Shown here: positions 37,167 to 45,319 of the stretch, one piece after another
Numbering within the stretch: position 1 is the first letter of the stretch
How the letters are laid out: each line of letters begins with the position of its first letter
Assembly (NCBI GenBank): GCA_965262985.1
Contig: OZ253576.1
Coordinates: 132,480 to 196,479, forward strand
Origin: Vicinamibacterales bacterium
GTDB lineage: Bacteria > Acidobacteriota > Vicinamibacteria > Vicinamibacterales > UBA8438
DNA length: 64,000 nt
Direction: 5' to 3'
Made by a program: the position numbers and the translations under genes
Notes under the pieces: model-generated
Seen by the model: only the letters and a program-made list of their open reading frames with translations
What the model was told of the DNA's origin: nothing
Database searches by the model: none

Positions 37167-38279
37167 CTACAGCTCGCACGTGCCATCCACGCAGGCGTGG
37201 GTGCCCACTGGCGCCGAGCCGTCGATGGCTCTCAGCACCGGTGACGTCATGTGGCCCCAGCCGGGCAGGAACGCGGAGAATCGGCCCGCGTCGCCGCCGG
37301 CGACGAACAGGTGGATGTCAGCGGGTGACGGCACGATCGGGATACGTGCGCCCGGCTCGCGGCGATACCATTTCGGCAGGTTGCGGTTGTAGATCTTGCC
37401 GTAGCGTCCGCCGAAACTGACGTCGTCCCACGTGTTGGTCGTGTGCGACCAGAGATAGCTGCGGACGTCGGTTCTGGTCCAGCCGCGCCCGGCAACGGTG
37501 GCGGCGTGTTCGGGGCCGATGATCACGACGCACGAGCCGCTGCTGACCGCGTTGTTGTGGGCGATGGTGCTCATCGCCGACACGAGGCTGTCGAGCACCC
37601 CCTGGGGGTCGTCCGCGACATGGTTGGTGACGCTGTGCGGCCCTTCCGCGGCGATACAGAACACCGTGCTGTCCTGCGGCCGGTAGCCCTGCTCGACGTG
37701 ATACGGCGCCCAGGGACTGGCTTCTTCATGCTCGGCGATACAGAATGTGTACTTGCCCGGATGGCCAAGCGTGCTCTTGTCGAGATCGCCGGGCCACGCG
37801 CCGCCGACGTTGAGCAGCATCAGCCGGACCGCGCGGCCGATCGTCGCGTTGGCCCGGACGCCGGGGCCGAACAGGTTCCCGCCCGCGTTGAGTCCGATCT
37901 CCTGCCGGATCGGCCCGTTCACCACCACCAGCGGCGCCGCCATGTGGGTGGTGGCCTGGATACCGTTCAGATTGAAATGCGGGCTGCACATCGCCAGCAT
38001 CGCGGCGCGGACCACCGGCGCGAACACCGGCCGGCAACCCGCCATGACCATGTTGATCGCCAGCACCTCGCGGGTCAGGTTGCCCCAGCGCGGCGGCACG
38101 CGGGCTTCCAGCCGGTCCGGTGCGCCACCCAGCGCATCGACCGTCGCCGCGACGGCGGCGGGTGTCGGCGGCGTCACCGGCAACCCGTCGGTCCATCCCT
38201 GCTCGAAATACCACTCGATCAGATCGATCTGGTCCCCGTCCGCCGGCATCGTTTCCCGAGTTCGTTTCCTTACAGTCAT
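37167..38279 (-). CDS. Uncharacterised conserved protein, partner of the UGSC selenoprotein (paralog of the C-terminal domain of 49629..51260)
   Basis: This 370-aa ORF shares long blocks with the other locus: DGLPVxPPT, NxVMAGCRP, FNLxGxxATT, VVVNGPIRxEIGLNxGxNLFGxGxRANATIGRA, STLGxPGK and GKFSAFLxGW. The start is ATG 38279 or 38249. Confidence 0.8.
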   Translation of the reverse strand: MTVRKRTRETMPADGDQIDLIEWYFEQGWTDGLPVTPPTPAAVAATVDALGGAPDRLEARVPPRWGNLTREVLAINMVMAGCRPVFAPVVRAAMLAMCSPHFNLNGIQATTHMAAPLVVVNGPIRQEIGLNAGGNLFGPGVRANATIGRAVRLMLLNVGGAWPGDLDKSTLGHPGKYTFCIAEHEEASPWAPYHVEQGYRPQDSTVFCIAAEGPHSVTNHVADDPQGVLDSLVSAMSTIAHNNAVSSGSCVVIIGPEHAATVAGRGWTRTDVRSYLWSHTTNTWDDVSFGGRYGKIYNRNLPKWYRREPGARIPIVPSPADIHLFVAGGDAGRFSAFLPGWGHMTSPVLRAIDGSAPVGTHACVDGTCEL

Positions 38280-38296
38280 TGACCCAGCCGTGACAC

Positions 38297-38448
38297 TATA
38301 GTGCAGACGGCAGCATGGCGGATCATGCCGTCAGCATAGTGCAGACGGCAGCGCGGCGGGTCACGCCGTCAGCATAGTGCAGACGTCAGCGCGGCGGGTC
38401 ACGCCGTCAGCATAGTGCAGACGTCAGCGCGGCGGGTCACGCCGTCGA
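38297..38448. repeat. Four tandem 38-bp repeats in a divergent intergenic region
   Basis: The unit is (c/t)atagtgcagacg(g/t)cagcgcggcgggtcacgccgtcag. Units start at 38297, 38335, 38373 and 38411. Each contains a TAnnnT-like ATAGT box and short inverted repeats (GACGGC...GCCGTC). Confidence 0.9.
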
Positions 38449-38500
38449 GCGCGTCGACCCCCGCGGTTCGCACAGTTCGGCGCAGGACAGGGAGAAGAGG

Positions 38501-40411
38501 ATGACCGCATTCAGACGTGTCGCGATGCTGGGAACCCTGCTGGCGGCGGCGAGCGCCGTGCCGCCCGCCCTCGCCCAGCAGGGCGCCGCCGACGGGCAAT
38601 GGCGCAGCTACGGGGGCGACGACGGCAGCACCAAATACGCCGCGCTCGACCAGATCTCCGCCGGCAACGTCGACCGTCTCGAGGTGGCGTGGCAGTGGGA
38701 GTCGCCTGACGGCGCCATCGCCGGCGAGAACCGGCGTCTGACGCCGGGCGTCTTCAAGGCGACACCGCTCATGGTCGACGGGGTGCTCTACATCCGCACC
38801 TCGCTCAGCATCGTGGCGGCGATCGATGCGGCGACCGGCGAGCAGCTCTGGGTGCGGGACGTCGGCAGCCATGAAGCAGGGCGGCCGACCAACCTGGGGT
38901 GGAACTCGCGCGGGGTCGGCTACTGGTCGGACGGCGCCGAGTCCAGGATCTACCTGGCGACCGGCGACTCGCATCTCTGGTCGTTCGACGCCGCCAGCGG
39001 CCGTCCGATCGGCCGTTTCGGGTCAGACGGCAAGATCGATCTGACGCAGGGCCTGCGCCGTCCGATCGACCGCAGCGCCTACCAGGTCATCTCGCCGCCG
39101 ATGATCGTCGGCGACGTCGTGGTCGTCAACTCCTCGATTGCCGACGGCCCGCGCTACAAGACGGCCCCGCCGGGAGACATCCGTGGATTCGACGCGCGTA
39201 CCGGCGAGCTGCGCTGGACGTTCCACACGGTGGCGCAGGCCGGCGAGGTCGGCAACGACACCTGGGAAGATGACTCCTGGACGTATACGGGCAATGCCAA
39301 CGCCTGGAGCATCATGAGCGCCGACCAGGAGCTGGGCTACGTCTATCTGCCGATCGGCACCCCCACGAACGACTGGTATGGCGGGCATCGGTTGGGCGAC
39401 AACCTGTTCGCCGAGAGCCTGGTGTGTCTGGATGCGGCGACCGGCGAGCGGGTCTGGCACTTCCAGATGGTGCACCACGGGTTGTGGGACTACGATCTGC
39501 CGGCCGCGCCGACGCTGGCCGACATCATGGTCGACGGCCGCGAGATCAAGGCGGTGGCGCAGGTCAGCAAGCAGGGGTTCACGTACGTATTCGATCGGGT
39601 GACCGGCGAGCCGGTCTGGCCGATCGAGGAGCGGCCGGTGGCGCAGTCGTCGGTGCCGGGTGAGCGGGCCTCGCCGACCCAGCCATTCCCGACCAGGCCC
39701 CCGGCGTTCGAGCGGCAGGGGATCGCGGTCGACGACCTCATCGACTTCACGCCCGAGCTGCGCGCCGAGGCCGAGGAGATTCTGTCGCAGCACGAGTACG
39801 GCGGTCTGTTCCACCCGCCCTCCCTCACCGGCACGATCCAGATGCCCGGGTGGGGCGGTGGCGCCAACTGGTACGGCGCCGGCTTCGATCCAGACACCGA
39901 CTACCTCTTCGTGCCGTCAAGCACCCGGCCGATCTCGGTCAAACTGGACGAGGCAGACCCCGAACAGTCGGACTTCAGGTACATGCGGGGCCGCAGCGGA
40001 CTGCGCGGGCCGCAGGGACTGCCGCTGGTCAAGCCGCCCTACTCGCGACTGACCGCCATCGACCTGACGACGGGGGAATTCGCCTGGCAGGTGCCGCTCG
40101 GCGACGGGCCGCGGCAACGCCTGATCGAAATGGGGGTGCCTGACCCCGGTCCGCTCGGCGGCGGGAACTACACCGGGCCGGTCGTGACGAAGACGCTGCT
40201 GTTCCTGGGTCTGGGCGGCGGGCCGCGCAGCGGGCAGGCGCCGGTCCTCAACGCCTTCGACAAGGCGACCGGCCAGATCGTGCACGCCATCGAGGTGCCC
40301 GCCAACCTGACCGGGACACCGATGACCTACATGGCCGGCGGCAAACAGTACATCGTGGCCGCCTACGGCGCCGGCCCCAGCGCCGGTCTCGTCGCCCTGG
40401 CGCTGCCCTGA
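38501..40411 (+). CDS. PQQ-dependent dehydrogenase, paralog 2
   Basis: gggagaagagg precedes ATG 38501. The signal peptide ends PPALAQQ. GQWRSYGGDDGSTKYAALDQI and HHGLWDYDLPAAP are present. Confidence 0.88.
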   Translation: MTAFRRVAMLGTLLAAASAVPPALAQQGAADGQWRSYGGDDGSTKYAALDQISAGNVDRLEVAWQWESPDGAIAGENRRLTPGVFKATPLMVDGVLYIRTSLSIVAAIDAATGEQLWVRDVGSHEAGRPTNLGWNSRGVGYWSDGAESRIYLATGDSHLWSFDAASGRPIGRFGSDGKIDLTQGLRRPIDRSAYQVISPPMIVGDVVVVNSSIADGPRYKTAPPGDIRGFDARTGELRWTFHTVAQAGEVGNDTWEDDSWTYTGNANAWSIMSADQELGYVYLPIGTPTNDWYGGHRLGDNLFAESLVCLDAATGERVWHFQMVHHGLWDYDLPAAPTLADIMVDGREIKAVAQVSKQGFTYVFDRVTGEPVWPIEERPVAQSSVPGERASPTQPFPTRPPAFERQGIAVDDLIDFTPELRAEAEEILSQHEYGGLFHPPSLTGTIQMPGWGGGANWYGAGFDPDTDYLFVPSSTRPISVKLDEADPEQSDFRYMRGRSGLRGPQGLPLVKPPYSRLTAIDLTTGEFAWQVPLGDGPRQRLIEMGVPDPGPLGGGNYTGPVVTKTLLFLGLGGGPRSGQAPVLNAFDKATGQIVHAIEVPANLTGTPMTYMAGGKQYIVAAYGAGPSAGLVALALP

Positions 40412-40457
40412 ACGTAGTCCTCGCCCGGCCGCCCGCCCCCGACGTAACGAAACCGCT

Positions 40458-40856
40458 GTAGGGGCGCCCCTTGTGGGCGCCCGTCCGCCGTAGGGGCGCC
40501 CCTTGTGGGCGCCCGTCCGTTGTAGGGGCGTCCCTTGTGGGCGCCCGTCCGTTGTAGGGGCGCCCCTTGTGGGCGCCCGTCCGTTGTAGGGGCGCCCCTT
40601 GTGGGCGCCCGTCCGTTGTAGGGGCGCCCCTTGTGGGCGCCCGTCCGCCGCGCTCGCACGCGCCCGCCCGCCCCCGACGTCACGACACCGCCGTAGGGGC
40701 GCCCCTTGTGGGCGCCCGTCCGCCGCGCTCGCACGGGGCCGCCCGCCCCCGACGTCACGACACCGCCGTAGGGGCGCCCCTTGTGGGCGCCCGTCCGTGG
40801 CGCTCGCACGGCCGCCCGCCCCATTTGTAGGGGCGCCCCTTGTGGGCGCCCGTCCG
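40458..40856 (+). repeat. REP array of nine same-orientation GC-stem hairpins
   Basis: The unit is GTAGGGGCGCCC-CTTGT-GGGCGCCCGTCCG. Six copies are contiguous at an exact 32-bp period (40458-40649). Three more start at 40693, 40768 and 40827. Confidence 0.9.
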
Positions 40857-40957
40857 CTGCGCTCGCACGCCCGCCCGCCCCCGGCGCGACCGCTGTTTTC
40901 TTTTGACAATCTGAAGAAATCATGACAGGGTATCTGTAGATCAGCAAAAGGAGAGGG

Positions 40958-41302
40958 ATGACCGCGGACCGTTCCGACGTCCTGCAGGGCACGCTCGAGC
41001 TGTTGGTGTTGCGGACGCTCACGGTGGAGCCGATGCACGGGTGGGGACTTGCCCAGCGGATCGAGACCATGTCGGGGGACGTGTTCGCGATCCAGCAGGG
41101 GACGTTGTATCCGGCGCTCCAACGGATGAAGCGCAAGGGCTGGGTCCGGTCCGAGTGGCGCATCACGAAGAACAACCGCCGGGCGCGCTACTACTTCCTC
41201 ACGCCAGACGGACGGCAGCAGCTCGCGATTGAACGCGCCCAATGGGAGCGCACGTCGAACGCGGTGAACGGCGTGTTGAGCTGGGCGGGAGGGACCGAGT
41301 GA
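40958..41302 (+). CDS. PadR family transcriptional regulator
   Basis: LQGTLELLVLRTL...PMHGWGLAQRI...QGTLYPALQRMKRKGWV is a PadR winged-helix pattern. aaaggagaggg precedes the ATG. Confidence 0.9.
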   Translation: MTADRSDVLQGTLELLVLRTLTVEPMHGWGLAQRIETMSGDVFAIQQGTLYPALQRMKRKGWVRSEWRITKNNRRARYYFLTPDGRQQLAIERAQWERTSNAVNGVLSWAGGTE

Positions 41303-43947
41303 GACTGTGCGCCGACCTGCTCAGACGGCTCCGGAGTCTCTTCCGCGCAGGCCGCGAGGACGCCGAGACCAGGCAGGAGCTGCACCTCCATCTCGAGATG
41401 GAGACAGAGAAGAACGTGAGCGCGGGCATGGACCCGCGCGAGGCTCGCCGGCAAGCGTGTCTTCGCCTGGGGGGCGCCGACGGTATCCGGGAAGCGGTGC
41501 GGGACGCGCGTGGACTGCGCCCGCTGCAAGACCTGCTCAGCGACCTTGGCAGAGGTGTGCGCCGCGGGATGCGGGGGCTGCGGCGGAGCCCCGGGTTCAC
41601 GCTCACGGTGGTGATCGTGCTGGCGCTCGGCACCGGCGCGAATACGGCGCTTTTCAGCGTGCTCGATGCCGTGTGGTTGCGCGCGGTCCCGTATCCCCAG
41701 GCCGAGCGAGTCGTGCTTGTGTATCGCAGTGCCGATTTCTCTCAGAGGATTGCCCCCGACTGGCCGGTATTCGAGGATTTGCGGATCGGGACAGACATGT
41801 TCGAGCACTTGGTGGCGATCCAGCGTCGCCCCGGACTGCTGGGCGGCGCCGGAGAGCCGGAGCGCGTCACGGTCGCCGGTCTCTACGGGGATCTGTTTGC
41901 CGTGTTCGGCGAGTCGGCCGCCGCGGGCCGGCTCTTCAGGGAACCAGTCGGTGCACCCGCGAGCGATGACGTGGTCGTGCTGTCCCACGAAACCTGGTTG
42001 CGCCGCTTCAACGGCGACCCGTCGATTGCCGGTGGAACGATCTTGCTCGACGGCCGGCCCGTGACGGTGCTGGGTGTCCTGCCCGCACGCTTTACGACGG
42101 TCATTCGTGGTGACGTCTTCCGCCCGATCCGCCCCCCCGCCGGGATGGAGACGATGCGTGGCCTTAGCGGTTGGCTGAGCGTGGTCGGCCGTCTGCGCTC
42201 GGGTGTCTCGCTTGGGCAGGCGCAGGCATCGATGGACACCGTGGCACAGCAGTTGGCAGTAGAGCGACCGTGGGCAAACGGGCAATCGGGCATTGTCCTG
42301 ACACCGCTTCGAGACGTGCTCATCGGCGCGGAGGTCGGCAGGATGTTATGGCTTCTCGCCGCCGCGGCGGGGTTGGTGCTGCTCATCGCCTGCGTGAACG
42401 TCGCGAACCTGCTGCTGGCCGGGATGGCCCCGCGGGCCCGGGAGTTGGCGGTCTGTGCGGCGCTGGGGGCCAGTCGCGGCCGCCTGATTCGGCAGTTGCT
42501 GACCGAGAGCGTCCTGCTCTCGGCCGTGGGCACGATGGCCGGCGTGGCGCTCGTGTGGCTGACCCGTGACGCGCTGGTCGCGCTGATACCGCCGCGGATT
42601 CCACGCCTCGCGGAGATCGGTGTCGACGGGCGCGTACTGACCTTCGCGGTCGCCGTCTCGGTGCTGACGATGAGTATCGTCGGGGTCATCCCGGCGCTGC
42701 GCCTGTCGAACGTCCGACCCATGGGAGTCGTTGCGTCGCCGGGATTGCCGCGCCGCAGGTTTGGCGCGAGTGCGACGCTGCTGTTCACCGAGGTCGGTCT
42801 GGCCGTGGTCGTGATCGTGGCCGCCGGCCTGCTGCTGAGCAGCTTCATGCGTCTGGTGTCGGTCGACCTGGGCTTCGAGCCGCGGAACGTCGTTACCTTC
42901 GATACTTCGATTCCCGGCGGCGGCGGCGACGATCTCCGCGCCCGCTTCTTTGGTTCACCGGAGCAGACGACCGCCCTGCAAAACGTCCGCGACGAACTCC
43001 TGCGGCTCCCTGGGGTCGAGGCCGTGGGGGCGGTCGATTCGCTGCCGCTTGCCGGAGGAGGAGTCTGGTACTCCATCGAGTTCGAAGGACGGCCCGCGGC
43101 GCCGCCGGGCGGAGAGCCGATGGTCAACTTGCGGCGAGCGGCGCCCGGGTACTTCGAGGCGATGCGGATCCCCCTCATACGGGGTCGCACGCTGACGGAC
43201 GGGGATCACGCGGACGCACCCGGCGCGGGCGTCGTGAACGAGGCGGCGGCCCGCCGGTTCTGGCCGGGCGAGGACCCGATCGGACAGCGGATTCGGCTTG
43301 GCGGCCACGAGCCGCTCACGATCGTCGGGATCGTCGGCGATATCCGGCACGTCGGTTTTCACAGCGACCCCGAACCGGAGGTGTACTGGTCCTGGTATCA
43401 GCACCCGGACGACCCCACTGTCGTGGTCAGAACGGCCGGCAGCCCGACGTCGCTCGTGCGGGAGCTGGAAGCACCGGGGCGCGGCATCCTGTCCGGTCTG
43501 TCCGTGTCGTCGGTACGCACACTGGACGACCTGGCATTCCGGTCGGTGGCGGAGCCGCGCTTCCGCACGTTGCTCCTGGCGCTGATGGCGGTCCTGGTGC
43601 TGGTGCTGACGATCGTCGGGGTGGCGAGTCTCACCGCGCGCGCCGTGGCGTTGCGGATGAAAGAGATCGGAATCCGAGTGACGATCGGCGCGCGCCCGGG
43701 ACAGATCGTGGCGCTGATGCTCGCCAGCGCGCTTGCCCCGGTGGTCGCGGGCGCCGTCATCGGTCTGCTCGCCGCGACCTGGACGTCCCGGTTCCTCGGT
43801 CATTTTCTCTTCGAAGTGGGTCCAATCGATCCGGTGGTCTACGCGGCCGCCGTCGCATTGCTCCTCGTCTCCACCCTGGTCGCCGCGTGGCTTCCGGCCC
43901 GCCGCGCCGCGTACCTGGATCCCATGATCACGCTCAGGGCGGAGTGA
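41299..43947 (+). CDS. ADOP-type duplicated FtsX/MacB-like ABC transporter permease
   Basis: GTG 41299 overlaps the PadR stop as GTGA. The N-terminus reads LRRLRSLFR...ELHLHLEME...GMDPREARRQA. There are two FtsX-like TM bundles, and the C-terminus is ARRAAYLDPMITLRAE. Confidence 0.85.
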   Translation: MRLCADLLRRLRSLFRAGREDAETRQELHLHLEMETEKNVSAGMDPREARRQACLRLGGADGIREAVRDARGLRPLQDLLSDLGRGVRRGMRGLRRSPGFTLTVVIVLALGTGANTALFSVLDAVWLRAVPYPQAERVVLVYRSADFSQRIAPDWPVFEDLRIGTDMFEHLVAIQRRPGLLGGAGEPERVTVAGLYGDLFAVFGESAAAGRLFREPVGAPASDDVVVLSHETWLRRFNGDPSIAGGTILLDGRPVTVLGVLPARFTTVIRGDVFRPIRPPAGMETMRGLSGWLSVVGRLRSGVSLGQAQASMDTVAQQLAVERPWANGQSGIVLTPLRDVLIGAEVGRMLWLLAAAAGLVLLIACVNVANLLLAGMAPRARELAVCAALGASRGRLIRQLLTESVLLSAVGTMAGVALVWLTRDALVALIPPRIPRLAEIGVDGRVLTFAVAVSVLTMSIVGVIPALRLSNVRPMGVVASPGLPRRRFGASATLLFTEVGLAVVVIVAAGLLLSSFMRLVSVDLGFEPRNVVTFDTSIPGGGGDDLRARFFGSPEQTTALQNVRDELLRLPGVEAVGAVDSLPLAGGGVWYSIEFEGRPAAPPGGEPMVNLRRAAPGYFEAMRIPLIRGRTLTDGDHADAPGAGVVNEAAARRFWPGEDPIGQRIRLGGHEPLTIVGIVGDIRHVGFHSDPEPEVYWSWYQHPDDPTVVVRTAGSPTSLVRELEAPGRGILSGLSVSSVRTLDDLAFRSVAEPRFRTLLLALMAVLVLVLTIVGVASLTARAVALRMKEIGIRVTIGARPGQIVALMLASALAPVVAGAVIGLLAATWTSRFLGHFLFEVGPIDPVVYAAAVALLLVSTLVAAWLPARRAAYLDPMITLRAE

Positions 43948-44116
43948 CGGCGGAGAGCACCCCTGGTCCGACCGGGTTTCGCGGGCCATGACGACGGGCT
44001 GTCCTGAGAATGCTACGGTGTCATTCCCTTGGGTGCCGGTCCACGGGCATGTGGGGCTGACAGGATGCCCACGATGCTGGTGACTGGCCCGCCGGTGCAG
44101 GTGTGAGGAGGTGCAG

Positions 44117-45232
44117 ATGACCGCTGTACCGCGCTTCCGGACGGCGGTGCTGCTGATGGTCGTCACGGCCGCGGTCGCGAGTCCGTCTGTCGCCACCGCG
44201 CAGCCCGGGAGTCTGCCCGTCGATCTGCCCGACGGACCTGCCAAGGACGGGTTCGACCTCACGCGCTTCAGCACCGTCGGGAACGGCGTGTTCGAGACGT
44301 TCCACGTCGAGCGAACCGAACCGCTGGCGATCGCCCTGCAGGACGGGTGGGTGACCGGCGACACCCGCGTCCTCGTCATCCAGACGGCGGCCGGCCCGCT
44401 CGCGTTCCTGCGCGACCAGATGGTCTTCCATCACATCGCGCAGGGGCGCGCCGCGGACAGGGATTGGATGGCCACGTTCTGAGTCGTCTGCAACAGCGGC
44501 ACCAGTCTGGTGCCCACGATCGACGGTTCGATGCCTCGCTTCGAGAACGTCGGACTCTACGACGGGCTGTTCGTGATGCAGGACGACGAGACCAGGACCC
44601 TGTGGAACCACATCACGGGCGAGGCGCTCTACGGTCCGCACGTCGGCCGTACGCTGGGCCCGATGGGCAACATGCTGCAGATGAGCGCCGCGCAGGCCCT
44701 GGCCGGGGACCAGGCGATCCAGGTGGCGATTTCGAATTGGCCGTACATCGCCGGCGGACGGCGGCGTGGCGCGGCGGACGGGCGCGCGGCGGTCAGCACG
44801 TTGGGAGACAGGTTCGGTCCCGAGAACCCGAATGCTCGGCTGACGCCCGCGTTCGTCGACACGCTCGGAACCGAGGACGCACGGTTGCCGCGCATGACCA
44901 TGGGGCTGGGGATCGTGACAGACGCCACGACGCGGTTCTACGCGACCGAATCGATCCACGAGCGTGGAGCGCTGATCGATGATCTGGACGGCCGCCAGAT
45001 TCTGGTGTTTGTGGATCGGACCACGTTCACACCGGCCGCGGTGTTCGTGAATGCCTCGAGTGCGACGCTCGACCGCCGCGACGTCCGGCTCGATACCGGC
45101 GGTGTCGTGCGGGACGGGCTGCTCTACGATGCTGACGGGACCCGAGCCGACGTCGACCGCCCTCAGCAGTTCTTCACCCGCTGGTATGGTTTTGCCCTGA
45201 CCTTCCCGGATCCGGAGATCTTCGGACGGTAG
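44117..45232 (+). CDS. DUF3179-like secreted protein with in-frame UGA (44480-44482) read as Sec; UxxC replaces CxxC
   Basis: Track ORFs 44111..44482 and 44510..45232 are in frame, 9 codons apart. Read-through gives ...DWMATF-U-VVCNSGTSLVPTIDG...LYDGLFVMQDDETRTLWNHITGEALYG, which parallels the TYCPLC...LVMYDRETxSLW core of DUF3179 as I recall it. A hairpin lies 15 nt after the UGA. Confidence 0.7.
44480..44514 (+). promoter_or_regulatory. Candidate SECIS element (UGA plus hairpin)
   Basis: The sequence reads UGA GUCGUCUGCAACAGC [GGCACCA GUC UGGUGCC]. This is a 7-bp perfect stem with the same GUC apical loop as the 35682 hairpin. Confidence 0.5.
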
Positions 45233-45238
45233 AACGCG

Positions 45239-45319
45239 GAGGTGAGCCCGATCGACCCGGCGGTGTACGTGGCCACTGCCGCGTTGCTCCTCGTCTCCAC
45301 CCTGGTTGCCACGTGGCTG
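45239..45319 (+). pseudogene. Remnant of the 3' end of an ADOP permease paralog
   Basis: This 81-nt stretch is about 80% identical by eye to 43813-43893, including a 26-nt perfect run. It encodes EVSPIDPAVYVATAALLLVSTLVATWL versus EVGPIDPVVYAAAVALLLVSTLVAAWL. It is truncated where the convergent gene ends at 45320. Confidence 0.6.

Noticed and set aside
40458-40649. The regular 32-bp periodicity looked superficially like a CRISPR array.
   Set aside because: There are no unique spacers, because the whole 32-bp period is the repeated unit (a GTAG hairpin plus gtccgtt). The hairpin belongs to the same family as the REPs flanking the RAYT gene. No cas genes are in the window.
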